64,000 bases of DNA from Desulfuromonadaceae bacterium (GCA_028687585.1 JAQTZV010000014.1:24718-88717), one strand, 5' to 3'. Counted from the stretch's first letter, positions 1 through 9,329 are shown. A program made the numbers and translations. Notes: a model not told the origin generated them from the sequence alone.

Positions 1-1855
1 TTGCGGAGGTGACGGAATAACCAAGCATTTCAAGTAGTTCCTGCCCCAACTCAGCCAGCACTTTTTCGTCATCTACAAAGAGAATCCGTTCACTGCCGCC
101 ACAAAACGATTCGTCATCCGGTAGCTCGTGAGTGATCTCATCTGATATCTTCGGCAGTAAAATGGTAAAGACGGTGCCCTGTCCAGGTTCGCTGTAAACG
201 CTGATAGAACCCCCATGACTCTTGATTATCCCCTGTGATACCGCCAGCCCCATTCCGGTACCTTCCCCTGCTTTTTTAGTAGTGAAATAAGGATCAAAAA
301 TGCGTTCCTTAACGGACGCATCCATTCCATGGCCGGTATCGCTGACCGTTATCAGCAGATAGGGACCGGGTGTCAATTCGGGGTTGGCTGAAGTCAGCGG
401 GTCATCGTTCTTCACATCCGACAGCGAGACTTCCAGAACCCCGCCATGGTCTTGCATGGCATGACCAGCGTTGGTACCCATATTCATCAACACCTGGTGC
501 AGTTGGGTCGAGTCGGCCAGAACGGTGTCCTCATTCGGAGTGGTGCTGATCTGTTGGTTTATCTCGATAGTGGTCGGCAATGCTGAACGGAGCAGCTTGA
601 AAACCTCCTCAATAACGGCGGCAACCTGTACCGGTTTCTGCTCCTGCTCACCCTGGCGGCTGAAAGCAAGGATCTGCCGCACCAATTCCCTGGCGCGTAA
701 ACTGGCCTCCAGCACATGAGCCAGGTCGCGTGCCATCGCATCGTCACTGGCCGCTTTTCGCTGTGCCATCTCCGTATAGCCGATGATCGCCGTCAGGATA
801 TTATTGAAATCATGAGCGATACCGCCGGCAAGCGTTCCGATGGCCTCCATCTTCTGAGATTGTCGCAACTCTTTTTCCAGCTTCTTCAGGTTGGTAATAT
901 CGCGCCCTTCTGCGATGAGCTGAATGACGCGATCCTGTTTGTCGAAAACCGGCTTCAAGGAGAAATCTATGCAATAGAGTCTTCCATCAGGGCCAAGATA
1001 GTTCGCTTCAAACCGTACCAGATTGCCTGCGGCAGCAATGGCGACTCCGTCGCGTACTTTCACGGGGAGTTCCGCCGAATATGTCCACCAGGGGGTCTCC
1101 CAGAACAATTCACCGATTACATCCGGCGCAGAGACGCCACAGAGATCCAGAGCGGTCTGATTGGCCTCCAGCAGAATTCCTTCGGGTGTTAACAGCCCCA
1201 TCAACTGGAAGGTCTGTTCAAAGATGATGCGGAGCTTCTGTTCATTCTTCTGCAGTGCAGCTTGTGTCTGTTGCAGTTCGTCTATCTTTTCTTCCAGGAA
1301 CAGCGCCTGATCCTGAAGTTGTTCCTGGGCCATCTGGCGCTCGGCGATCTCATCTTCCAGTACCCTGTTTGCAATCGACAGATCTGTCGTGCGCTCTTCA
1401 ACCCGACGCTCCAGCGTTTCATTCGCTTCCTGAAGTTTTCTGGTCAACTCCCGGATGTGAAGATGCACGGCTATTCGGGCCAGTAACTCCTCCCGCTGGA
1501 ACGGCTTGGTGATATAGTCAACCGCGCCGACTTCAAGTCCTTTTACCTTGTGCCCGGTTTCGGCCAGCGACGTCATGAATATCACCGGAATTTCATGCGT
1601 GCTTTCCAGCAACTTTAGTCTGCGACAGGTTTCAAAACCGTCGATCCCCGGCATCATGACGTCAAGCAGAATAAGATCCGGCCGGGCATATTCAGCCCGT
1701 TTTATGGCACTTTCGCCATCCTCGGCCACAAGAATGGTATAATGCATCTCAACCAGACAGTCGCGTAACACAGACAAATTGTTGGGTTCGTCATCGACCA
1801 TCAGGATGACCGGAGTCCTCTGCACTGATTCAGTCGGCAACATATCGGCACTCAT
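1..1855 (-). CDS. Hybrid two-component protein (receiver, coiled coil, PAS, HisKA, HATPase, start of a second receiver); 3' end runs off the window
   Basis: Open-ended, so absent from the ORF track. My minus-strand translation from ATG 1855 gives MSADMLPTESVQRTPVILMVDDEPNN...DVMMPGIDGFE (receiver), GGIAHDFNNILTAIIGY (H-box), GTGMGLAVSQGIIKSHGGSI (G2 box), then ILFVDDEKVLAELG. ATGA start/stop overlap with the upstream gene at 1852-1855. Confidence 0.85.
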   Translation of the reverse strand, partial: MSADMLPTESVQRTPVILMVDDEPNNLSVLRDCLVEMHYTILVAEDGESAIKRAEYARPDLILLDVMMPGIDGFETCRRLKLLESTHEIPVIFMTSLAETGHKVKGLEVGAVDYITKPFQREELLARIAVHLHIRELTRKLQEANETLERRVEERTTDLSIANRVLEDEIAERQMAQEQLQDQALFLEEKIDELQQTQAALQKNEQKLRIIFEQTFQLMGLLTPEGILLEANQTALDLCGVSAPDVIGELFWETPWWTYSAELPVKVRDGVAIAAAGNLVRFEANYLGPDGRLYCIDFSLKPVFDKQDRVIQLIAEGRDITNLKKLEKELRQSQKMEAIGTLAGGIAHDFNNILTAIIGYTEMAQRKAASDDAMARDLAHVLEASLRARELVRQILAFSRQGEQEQKPVQVAAVIEEVFKLLRSALPTTIEINQQISTTPNEDTVLADSTQLHQVLMNMGTNAGHAMQDHGGVLEVSLSDVKNDDPLTSANPELTPGPYLLITVSDTGHGMDASVKERIFDPYFTTKKAGEGTGMGLAVSQGIIKSHGGSISVYSEPGQGTVFTILLPKISDEITHELPDDESFCGGSERILFVDDEKVLAELGQELLEMLGYSVTSA

Positions 1856-4179
1856 TTCCCTTCTCCTCTGTACTGTTCCACCAGTGCGAGAATTGCTTTG
1901 GCCTTGAATCCTCCGGCCAGCTCACGCAGTTTCGCAGCGAAGCTCCGGTATATGACATCTCTGGACTCCAGTTCGTTGGCCCAGACTTCAATTTTCAACA
2001 TATCGCCCATCATGGCCAATTCATATAACTCTTCCAACTTTTCTGCCGCAGGCGGCACCAGTTCTTCTTCACTATCTGCACTGTTTCGCCCGCCGTTCAG
2101 ACGCCCCGGTTCCGTCAGCACTGTTTTCCATTCGATCCCGAGCAGTCCCTCGATTTTTTCGAGCAGCAGATCAATCCGGATCGGTTTGATGACAAAGTCG
2201 TCGCACACGGCAATAAACGCCTCCTTGAAGGCACTATCGGTTGCGGTAGCCGATGCGCCGACGATTTTACTGTCCGCCAACGCCAGGTTTTCCCTCATTC
2301 GTGTCGCTGACGCCAGCCCGTTCATCTCGGGCATCACAAGGTCCATCAACACCAGATCAGGGCGATGTTCCCCGGCACGCTCCAGCGCTTCCCGGCCGTT
2401 TTGAGCCGTATCGATCATGAATCCGAGCGGTTCCAGCAAGGATACCAGCATCGAGATGTTGCCGATGTTGTCATCAACCACCAGTATTCTCTTCCGTGCT
2501 CCATGGTAGCCGACAACGTGGATATCACTGCTCTCCAGCGCGATTTCATCATCGACCAGCTCCGGCAGAGCCACCTCCACCCAGAATGTGCTCCCTTTGC
2601 CAAAAACGCTCTCAACACCCATTCTTCCATGCATCAGCTCCAGCAGGCGTTTCGTGATATTCAATCCCAGGCCGGTGCCTTCCGATACCTGCCGGTCGGA
2701 TACAAGCTGAGTGAACGGCTCGAATATCGTCTCCAGTTTGTCGGCCGGTATGCCGATGCCGCTATCGATAACTTCGCAGCGGAACAGGCCGCCCCCTGTC
2801 TGGTCATAGTGTACCCGCATGGTAACGCCACCCCGGCGGGTGTACTTGACCGAGTTACTGAGCAGGTTGAGCAGGATCTGGCGGAGTTTGCGTTCATCCC
2901 CCCGCACGTACGACGGCAGCGGGGTGGCGTCTTCGTACTCAAAACGGAGATCTTTTTCTTCGGCATGTAATCTGGTCAGATTGAATACCTGACGCACAAG
3001 AGCAGGAAGGTCGAAGACAACTTCTTCTACTTCCATCTTGCACGCCTCGATCTTGCCCACGTCCAGAATATCGTTGATCAGCGTCAGCAAATGTTCCCCG
3101 CTGCCGCGCATGATGCCGAGCTGCTGACGCTGGCTGTCGGTCAGATTTTCGTGATGTGTCATAATCTGTGCGTAACCGAGGATCGCATTGAGCGGCGTGC
3201 GCAGCTCATGGCTCATGCTGGCCAGAAAATCGCTCTTGGCACGATTGGCGCTCTCGGCGGCTTCCTTGGCGCTTTGCAGCTCAACGACCCCCTGAGCAAA
3301 GGCTCCGGCCAAATTATTAACCCCTGCTATCAGATTGCGCCACTCCCCTTCAAACTGTCCCGCATCGCTGCGGCTGTCCAGATGTCCCGCCTGTACCGCA
3401 ACAATAAGCCCATCGGTCTCCTGAAGTACCTTGCGAATAGTATGGCGCATGGCAGAGAATGAACGGGCCAGGATGCCCACCTCATCATACTGATGGATTT
3501 CGAGCTCGCGGCTGAAATCTCCATGGGATACACCGTCTGCCATCTTGACGATCTGGCGCAGAGGGCGGGTGGCCACACCCATCAGAAAAAAGGCCGCGAT
3601 ACAGCTTGCCATGGCAAAAGCTAACGACAGCAGTACTCCGCGCACGACGATGCGCCGCTCGTTCTCGTGGAGATATAATTTGGAAAAACCGATCCTGATC
3701 CAGCCGATTGTCTCCTTTACCTTCTCGCCGCCATCAATACCACTGATGATGTTGAAATCATCCTTCATCTTTTCAGTAAAGACCGGAGCATAAAAGACGA
3801 AGGCGTCCTGCTCTTCGGACATGGAGAGCGCCGTAGTTGCAGGAGGGGTGCTCAGATGACGGTATATCGGCTTACCGTCATGAATCAGCGGCATCATTTT
3901 GGAGTCGTAGAAGGTGACATCAGCCACCTCGGTGTTGGCTTTGAGGAATGTTGCGGTGCTCTTCAGCAGCTCGGGATTGCCGGAGAGGATCGGCAGTTCA
4001 CCGGTCTTGGTCGCCAGGGTGGTGATCGCTTCGGCGCGTTTGATGATTTCGCTCCGGATAACCCCCTTGCCGACCCGGATTGATTCCCAGGTATGGATGA
4101 ACGACATCATCAGCAGCAGCGGGACCATGAAGAGCAGCGCCTTGATACGAAAGGTCATTATCGGCTTCAGCCTGTTCAT
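1852..4179 (-). CDS. Hybrid sensor histidine kinase (TM, periplasmic domain, HAMP, HisKA, HATPase, receiver, C-terminal helical Hpt-like tail)
   Basis: 775-aa ORF with SHELRTPLNAILGY H-box, GTGLGLNITKRL G2 box and a receiver (ILVVDDN...DLVMPEMNG). Confidence 0.9.
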   Translation of the reverse strand: MNRLKPIMTFRIKALLFMVPLLLMMSFIHTWESIRVGKGVIRSEIIKRAEAITTLATKTGELPILSGNPELLKSTATFLKANTEVADVTFYDSKMMPLIHDGKPIYRHLSTPPATTALSMSEEQDAFVFYAPVFTEKMKDDFNIISGIDGGEKVKETIGWIRIGFSKLYLHENERRIVVRGVLLSLAFAMASCIAAFFLMGVATRPLRQIVKMADGVSHGDFSRELEIHQYDEVGILARSFSAMRHTIRKVLQETDGLIVAVQAGHLDSRSDAGQFEGEWRNLIAGVNNLAGAFAQGVVELQSAKEAAESANRAKSDFLASMSHELRTPLNAILGYAQIMTHHENLTDSQRQQLGIMRGSGEHLLTLINDILDVGKIEACKMEVEEVVFDLPALVRQVFNLTRLHAEEKDLRFEYEDATPLPSYVRGDERKLRQILLNLLSNSVKYTRRGGVTMRVHYDQTGGGLFRCEVIDSGIGIPADKLETIFEPFTQLVSDRQVSEGTGLGLNITKRLLELMHGRMGVESVFGKGSTFWVEVALPELVDDEIALESSDIHVVGYHGARKRILVVDDNIGNISMLVSLLEPLGFMIDTAQNGREALERAGEHRPDLVLMDLVMPEMNGLASATRMRENLALADSKIVGASATATDSAFKEAFIAVCDDFVIKPIRIDLLLEKIEGLLGIEWKTVLTEPGRLNGGRNSADSEEELVPPAAEKLEELYELAMMGDMLKIEVWANELESRDVIYRSFAAKLRELAGGFKAKAILALVEQYRGEGK

Positions 4180-4255
4180 GCCTGATTATCCCCGGCCCAT
4201 GCCTTACGGTTCGGGTGCGTGCTATCCAAAAAATCCATATGAGTATGTCCCCGTG

Positions 4256-5137
4256 TCATGGGTAGACTCTTTTGGTCATGCGCATGACCTCATCCGGAAT
4301 GCTGATGCGCATCTTGCGGGCCGTATCCATATTCAGGAACAGCTCGAACTTGCGAGGGGGCAAAGCCGCCAGCTTGCCAACACTCCCGCTCTTCAGCGCA
4401 GTGGTGGCATATTCGCCGATAATCATGCCGACATTGACCATGTCCACTACCAGCGCCAGCAGCGCCCCCTCCCTGACGTGCCGCTCGGAAATACCCATTA
4501 AAGGTATGCGCCTTCGGAAGGAGAGGAGATACGCTTCCTCCATGGCGGTCGAGGTCATGACTCCGCTATCCGGCAGGAGCAGGATAGCGTCGATATTCTC
4601 CAGATTTTTGACGGTGTTGACGAACTCAACCGTATTCCTGACGGAGTGGGAGAAGGTCGGAGCGGAGACATTATTGGCGAGAATGTTCAAAAAATCGTAG
4701 CTGGCCACCACCGCCATCCTCTTGAGGGACGGAAGATGTTTTCGCACCAGTTCGGCGTACTCGCTGGTCGGGGTCGCCATATAGAAACCGATGGTATTGG
4801 GGCGGTTGACAGCTGGCGGAGTCACCACCATGTCATAGATAACCGGGATGAATGCGGGAAGTGTCAGCGCCTCGGCCAGCGCCTCACGCCCAAGAGCGAT
4901 CACTACTCGCGCATCCTCCTGCTGAAGCAGTGCGGCCAGGTTGCCGCGCACCTCAGCGGGAGAATAGGTTTTTGTGGTAGCGTGCAGAGTCTTGTGCAAG
5001 CCGTGAGTAACTTCGATAACCGGTTTGAGCTGGGCATCGGCGATGATCAGCACATCTGCCGCCTGGCATGGTATGACGCTCAACAGGATGCAGAGCAGGA
5101 TATAACGGAGGGTATGGTGCACAGGTCGCTTTCTCAT
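4256..5137 (-). CDS. Periplasmic ABC-type substrate-binding-like protein (probable sensor partner of the kinases)
   Basis: 293-aa ORF with signal peptide (ILLSVIPCQA/AD), directly upstream of the hybrid kinases on the same strand. Family assignment is from overall resemblance only. Confidence 0.55.
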   Translation of the reverse strand: MRKRPVHHTLRYILLCILLSVIPCQAADVLIIADAQLKPVIEVTHGLHKTLHATTKTYSPAEVRGNLAALLQQEDARVVIALGREALAEALTLPAFIPVIYDMVVTPPAVNRPNTIGFYMATPTSEYAELVRKHLPSLKRMAVVASYDFLNILANNVSAPTFSHSVRNTVEFVNTVKNLENIDAILLLPDSGVMTSTAMEEAYLLSFRRRIPLMGISERHVREGALLALVVDMVNVGMIIGEYATTALKSGSVGKLAALPPRKFELFLNMDTARKMRISIPDEVMRMTKRVYP

Positions 5138-5409
5138 GAGAAATTAAAGTCCGGCAACTATAGGGATAAACAAACCAAATATCAATAAAAACAACGCAGT
5201 AATTTTTTAATTGCGACCAAATGGCACACAACAGCTTCTCGGCAGCGTTTGGGATATGCCGTTATTTAAAACAGCAGTTCCAAACTGCAGCAACAAAATT
5301 CACAATTGGTGAGATTATCGGTGCAGTTGAGGATAAGTTGTATGTAATTATTTAGCCAAATCCCGTTGTTAATCCATCTCATTATTTTTTAAAAGCGAGT
5401 TTTAATCGC

Positions 5410-5438
5410 TTGACAAATACATTTTATATGCATATAAA
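5410..5438 (+). promoter_or_regulatory. Sigma-70-like promoter, TTGACA-N17-TATAAA
   Basis: TTGACA at 5410-5415, a 17-nt spacer, TATAAA at 5433-5438. It lies about 120 nt upstream of the small peptide ORF in an AT-rich gene-free region. Confidence 0.45.
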
Positions 5439-5560
5439 CGCGCGTCCTTTTTAATTAATGAATGCACGGCAGTTTTTGTCAATAATACATATTTTACCTC
5501 TGACGGGGGAACGAGGCCGTCCCCTGCGGTTACATCACACGGAAAAGGAGAGAACCGAAC

Positions 5561-5662
5561 ATGAAAAAAAGTACTTTGGTTGTTCTGGAAAAAGGGAACG
5601 ATTGCGCATTCGAAGGGGAGATGGGCGCTTGCTGTATAATGTCTTTCACCCTGCTTATGTAG
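5561..5662 (+). CDS. 33-aa putative RiPP precursor peptide MKKSTLVVLEKGNDCAFEGEMGACCIMSFTLLM
   Basis: Hand-translated; below the 60-aa ORF-track cutoff. AGGAG at 5546-5550 sits 10 nt before ATG 5561, TAG at 5660-5662. Three Cys. Lies immediately upstream of a radical SAM/SPASM gene on the same strand. Confidence 0.6.
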   Translation: MKKSTLVVLEKGNDCAFEGEMGACCIMSFTLLM

Positions 5663-5688
5663 CCTATTGAGTGTATCGATGCACCGGA

Positions 5689-5714
5689 GGGGGGGGAGTA
5701 ATCCCCCCCTTTTT
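5689..5714 (+). terminator. Intrinsic terminator/attenuator hairpin between precursor and maturase
   Basis: G8 (5689-5696), loop AGTAAT, C7 (5703-5709), T5 (5710-5714). Confidence 0.6.
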
Positions 5715-5805
5715 GTATGTAACATACCCGTAACAGCGACTTCCCCACAATCCCTTTACACCCTGAAGGGTGCCTACAGGCTTACTACTCCTCCGGAGAC
5801 GCGAC

Positions 5806-7107
5806 ATGCAGCTATCTACCTATCTAAAAATCTACCCCTGTCCGGATCAGCCGGGGATGAACCTGGTGTACTCCACGCTCCGCTCTTCCGTCGTGCTGCT
5901 GCCGGACGACCTGCTGGAGGCGGCCCGTAATAAAACGCTGCCGGATGAAGAGCTCGAGACTCTGACAAAGCTTACTATCCTCACTCCGGACAGAGCTGTC
6001 GAGCGGGAGTGGATGCTGACGATTTTCGACACCCCCCGCCGCAGCACCCCGTTCAGCGCGATTGTCGTGCTCAATCTGGATTGCAATCTGGCCTGCCCCT
6101 ACTGTTATGAAGAGTCGTTCCGTGACAAGCGCTATATGGGCGCCGGGACCGCGGCGCTGCTGGTGGAGACTATCCGTCGAGAGAGAATTGAAAAAGGGCA
6201 GCCGGTCAGACTGACCTTCTATGGCGGCGAACCGCTTCTCTCCCTTGACCTGATCCGGGCCATCTCGCTGCCGCTGCGGGAAGCGGCGCTGGAGGCGGGC
6301 GTTTCCTACCGTTTTTCGCTGGTCAGCAACGGCACACTGCTGAATCGTGCCTGTGCCGAAGAGTTGGTCGCATTGGGGCTCAGTGGCGCCAAGATCACGA
6401 TCGACGGTCCGTCCGAGCTGCATAACTCGAGCCGCCCCTATCTCTCCGGGAACGGTAGCTATGAGACGATCGTAGGCAACGTGCTCGACATCTTTGACAT
6501 TGTCCCGCTGCAATTGGGAGGGAACTTCAGCCGCGACAACTATCGTGATTTTCCCGGCATGCTCGATGATCTGCTGGCCCGCGGCATTGACCCCGCCCGG
6601 ATCGGCGCGACGCTGTTTGCCCCGATTACTCCCAAATCGGGAGAACGGACCCTTTCGGACTTCAACACCGGCTGTGCCTGTTCGTATGAGCCGTGGCTGA
6701 TGGAGGCCGGAGTCTGGCTGCGCGAAGAGACCCTCAAACGGGGCTTCCCGGCTCCCCGGCCAAAGTTGTCGGCCTGTATGGTCGAACTGGAGAACGACCT
6801 GGTAATCACCTGCGACGGTTCGTACTACAAATGCCCGGCTTTCATCTCCCGCCCTGAGCTGCGCATCGGCTCGCTGGCCGAGGGGCTCCGGGATTATCAC
6901 GGCTCTCACAACATGGATCTCTGGAAAACGGAAGAGTGTCTGGAGTGCGCCTACCTGCCGATCTGTTTCGGAGGCTGCCGCCAGTTGACGCTGCTGCGCA
7001 GCGGTGAGATGAATGAAGTGGACTGCCGCCGGGAATATTACGATACGGTGCTGGAGCGGGTGGTCAGGCAGGATCTTGACTATCAGCGGACAAAACGGGA
7101 AACATGA
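5806..7107 (+). CDS. Radical SAM/SPASM-domain peptide maturase
   Basis: CNLACPYC (CxxxCxxC) at 6082-6105. C-terminal Cys-rich region CACSYEPW...CMVEL...CDGSYYKCPAF...CLECAYLPICFGGC is typical of SPASM auxiliary clusters. Preferred start is ATG 5806 with GGAG at 5795-5798; the track start at 5770 is GTG. Confidence 0.88.
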   Translation: MQLSTYLKIYPCPDQPGMNLVYSTLRSSVVLLPDDLLEAARNKTLPDEELETLTKLTILTPDRAVEREWMLTIFDTPRRSTPFSAIVVLNLDCNLACPYCYEESFRDKRYMGAGTAALLVETIRRERIEKGQPVRLTFYGGEPLLSLDLIRAISLPLREAALEAGVSYRFSLVSNGTLLNRACAEELVALGLSGAKITIDGPSELHNSSRPYLSGNGSYETIVGNVLDIFDIVPLQLGGNFSRDNYRDFPGMLDDLLARGIDPARIGATLFAPITPKSGERTLSDFNTGCACSYEPWLMEAGVWLREETLKRGFPAPRPKLSACMVELENDLVITCDGSYYKCPAFISRPELRIGSLAEGLRDYHGSHNMDLWKTEECLECAYLPICFGGCRQLTLLRSGEMNEVDCRREYYDTVLERVVRQDLDYQRTKRET

Positions 7108-7128
7108 ATTAATCAGCTCATCCGTAAA

Positions 7129-7167
7129 TAAAAAAGACCGCCGGGGGGTAGCCAGGAGGTCTTTTTT
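7129..7167. terminator. Bidirectional terminator shared by the convergent maturase and TonB-receptor genes
   Basis: A-run 7129-7135, stem AGACCGCC / GGAGGTCT with one mismatch, T-run 7162-7167. Confidence 0.5.
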
Positions 7168-7185
7168 ATTGAATTTACATGTTTT

Positions 7186-9171
7186 TCAAAACTTGAATCG
7201 CACCCCTCCCTCAACCCAGCGTCCCGGGTTCGGGTAGACCGATAAAGTGTAGTAGTTGCTGCCGAAGATGTTATGCAGCGTCAGGAACGTCTCCACTGCG
7301 TTCGTCTCGTCAAGGCGGAACTTTTTCGTCGCGGTCAGATCCCAGATGAAGTTGTCATACACCGGATCGGCATAGGCCGGCATGGTGGAAGCGAGATCCC
7401 ACCACACATATCTGCCGGAGAGCAGGGCGGTGAAGGAACGGCGGTCGTCGTACTTGACCCCGATCAGCCACGAGTAGTTGACATAGGAAGGATCGTCATG
7501 GCTGTTCTGTACCGTGTCCCCGGTGACGCGGGCATAGGCGTGCCCCAGCTTGAGGGAGAGATTATAGAAGGGGACGGTATCGAGTTCCAGTTCATACCCC
7601 TGGCGGGTAATGTCGTCCTGGTTGATGGCTGTTGTCGAGGAAGACGAATTAACTTGCGTGATAGCCTTGCTGGTCTCATGGCGGAACAGTGTCCCTTTCA
7701 GGCTGACCAGATCTGCCAGGCCGGATTCGAGGCCGACCTGGTACGACCAGCCGTATTCGGCCTTCAGATTCTTGTTGGCGGTGAAATAGGGTCCGCCGCC
7801 GGCGAGATAGCCGAGCGGCGGCGAAGAAAAACCGCGTGCTGCCGAGGCGCGTGCCACGGTATGCTCTCCCAGTTCCCAGGTAGCACCGAGGCTCGGACTG
7901 ACAAAAATGCCGAAGAAGCTGTCGTGGTCGAGCCTGATACCGGGAGTAACGGCGAATGGGCCGAATGCAACCGTGTCGTTGGCAAAAACAGCCCACTTAT
8001 TGACAGTGGAATTGATCAAAACGGAGGCGGGCAATCCGGCGTTCTGGAAGAGCGGCCCGGCGTCGGTGGTCTGGTCCAGGGTGCCGTGGCTCCGCTCCCC
8101 GCCAACTGTGAGGGTCTGAATGCCGCTGTTCCAGGTGGCGCGCAAGTTGGCGCCAACAGTCTGTTCGTCGGTTTTGTTCCGGATGCGCAGTTGGCCGGGA
8201 GAGGGGGGGTATGATGGCAGGAAGTATACGGGCTGATCGAATCTGGATTTGAGCAGGTGTACGCCGCCACGCACAGTCAGTTCAGGAGTGGCGCGGTATT
8301 CGAAGGTTCCGTTCAGGAACTGATTACGCAGCTGTGACCTGCCGCTGATAAAAAATGCCGGAATCTCACCTTCAGTTATGTCCGGGTTGCTGAAGCCGCC
8401 GCTTACGTTGATGTCAAGATCGCGGCTGGGGGTCAGGAGCAGCTTGCCGAAGACGCTGCTGCGCTGGTAGTCACGATTGTTGCGCAGACCGTCCGACTCC
8501 AGTTGCCCGGCGTAGAGGAAGTAGCCGAGCGGGCCGTTCTTGCCGCGCAGTTCGGCTGCCAGATCGCGGGACTTGGCGGTACCGTACGAGCCGCTCAGCA
8601 TGCCGTTTGGGGTGGCGTTATCGCCGGTGCTGCGGGTGATGATGTTGATTACCCCCCCAAGCGCCGAGCCCCAGGCCGAGGAGGCGGCCCCCTTGATGAT
8701 TTCGATCCGCTCGACGATCCTGACCGGAATGAAGCTGGTTTCGCCATTGCCTCCGGAGAGGAAATTTATCGGCATGCCGTCCAGCAGCACCGTCACATGG
8801 CGGTTTTCAGACCCCTGGATATGGAGCTGCGCGCCTGAGACAAAATCGTTGGTTGAAAAGTCCACGAAGAGGCCGGGGAGACGGGTCAGCACCTCAGCCA
8901 CGCTGTTGACGTTCATCGCCTCGATCTCTTTGGCGGTGATGACGCTCATGTTCTCGGCGGTCTGCATGATCGGCTTTTCGCTGCGGGTGGCGGTCTGGAC
9001 GTACAGCTCCTTCTCTTCCCAGAACATCAGCAGATCGCTGTTATCGGCTGGGCCGTTCTGCGCCACTACCAGATTCGGCCGGGATGCAGGCGTCTCCTCA
9101 CCAAGAACTGTCCCGTTACCCCCAAGAGTAGCGATAACAGACAGACATGTTATAAATGTTCGTTTATTCAT
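7186..9171 (-). CDS. TonB-dependent outer-membrane receptor
   Basis: Signal peptide, plug-like N-terminus (NMSVITAKEIEAMNVNSVAEVLTRLPG), long beta-barrel, C-terminal ...GGVRFKF. Preferred start is ATG 9171 (MNKRTF) with a GGAGAGGG SD. Confidence 0.9.
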   Translation of the reverse strand: MNKRTFITCLSVIATLGGNGTVLGEETPASRPNLVVAQNGPADNSDLLMFWEEKELYVQTATRSEKPIMQTAENMSVITAKEIEAMNVNSVAEVLTRLPGLFVDFSTNDFVSGAQLHIQGSENRHVTVLLDGMPINFLSGGNGETSFIPVRIVERIEIIKGAASSAWGSALGGVINIITRSTGDNATPNGMLSGSYGTAKSRDLAAELRGKNGPLGYFLYAGQLESDGLRNNRDYQRSSVFGKLLLTPSRDLDINVSGGFSNPDITEGEIPAFFISGRSQLRNQFLNGTFEYRATPELTVRGGVHLLKSRFDQPVYFLPSYPPSPGQLRIRNKTDEQTVGANLRATWNSGIQTLTVGGERSHGTLDQTTDAGPLFQNAGLPASVLINSTVNKWAVFANDTVAFGPFAVTPGIRLDHDSFFGIFVSPSLGATWELGEHTVARASAARGFSSPPLGYLAGGGPYFTANKNLKAEYGWSYQVGLESGLADLVSLKGTLFRHETSKAITQVNSSSSTTAINQDDITRQGYELELDTVPFYNLSLKLGHAYARVTGDTVQNSHDDPSYVNYSWLIGVKYDDRRSFTALLSGRYVWWDLASTMPAYADPVYDNFIWDLTATKKFRLDETNAVETFLTLHNIFGSNYYTLSVYPNPGRWVEGGVRFKF

Positions 9172-9260
9172 GGGGTAGCCCTCTCCGGTGGGTATGATAC
9201 ACAAAACTTCCGATAAAATAGCAATTAATTATAATACAAACAACTATTTATATTGTGCAT

Positions 9261-9304
9261 CAAAAAAAACGTCCCAAAGCCACACAAGCGAGGCAACGGG
9301 ACGT
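9261..9304 (-). terminator. Intrinsic terminator after the ferredoxin-like gene
   Basis: On the minus strand: ACGTCCC...GGGACGT stem (9269-9275 / 9298-9304) followed by T8 (plus-strand A-run 9262-9269). Confidence 0.55.
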
Positions 9305-9329
9305 TTAACATATCATTTTTTACAAACGT

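Noticed and set aside
471-1742. Several 60-160-aa plus-strand ORFs at the left end of the window
   Set aside because: They lie antisense to a continuous minus-strand kinase reading frame with clear receiver, PAS, HisKA and HATPase motifs. They have no SD sequences or recognisable motifs.
5221-5236. TGGCAC...AGCT as a sigma-54 promoter upstream of the RiPP cassette
   Set aside because: The GC dinucleotide is one position out of register and the TTGC element is absent.
5458-5670. 70-aa plus-strand ORF overlapping the small peptide gene
   Set aside because: It is in a different frame from the SD-preceded 33-aa ORF and has no SD. Its Arg-rich, low-complexity translation suggests it is a chance ORF across the leader.
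5824-6909. 361-aa minus-strand ORF
   Set aside because: It is antisense to the radical SAM/SPASM gene. The Arg/Gly/Ala-rich composition is typical of antisense frames in GC-rich coding DNA.
9205-9260. Fur-box-like AT-rich sequence upstream of the TonB-dependent receptor
   Set aside because: Only about half of the 19 positions match the remembered Fur consensus, which is indistinguishable from generic AT-rich promoter DNA.
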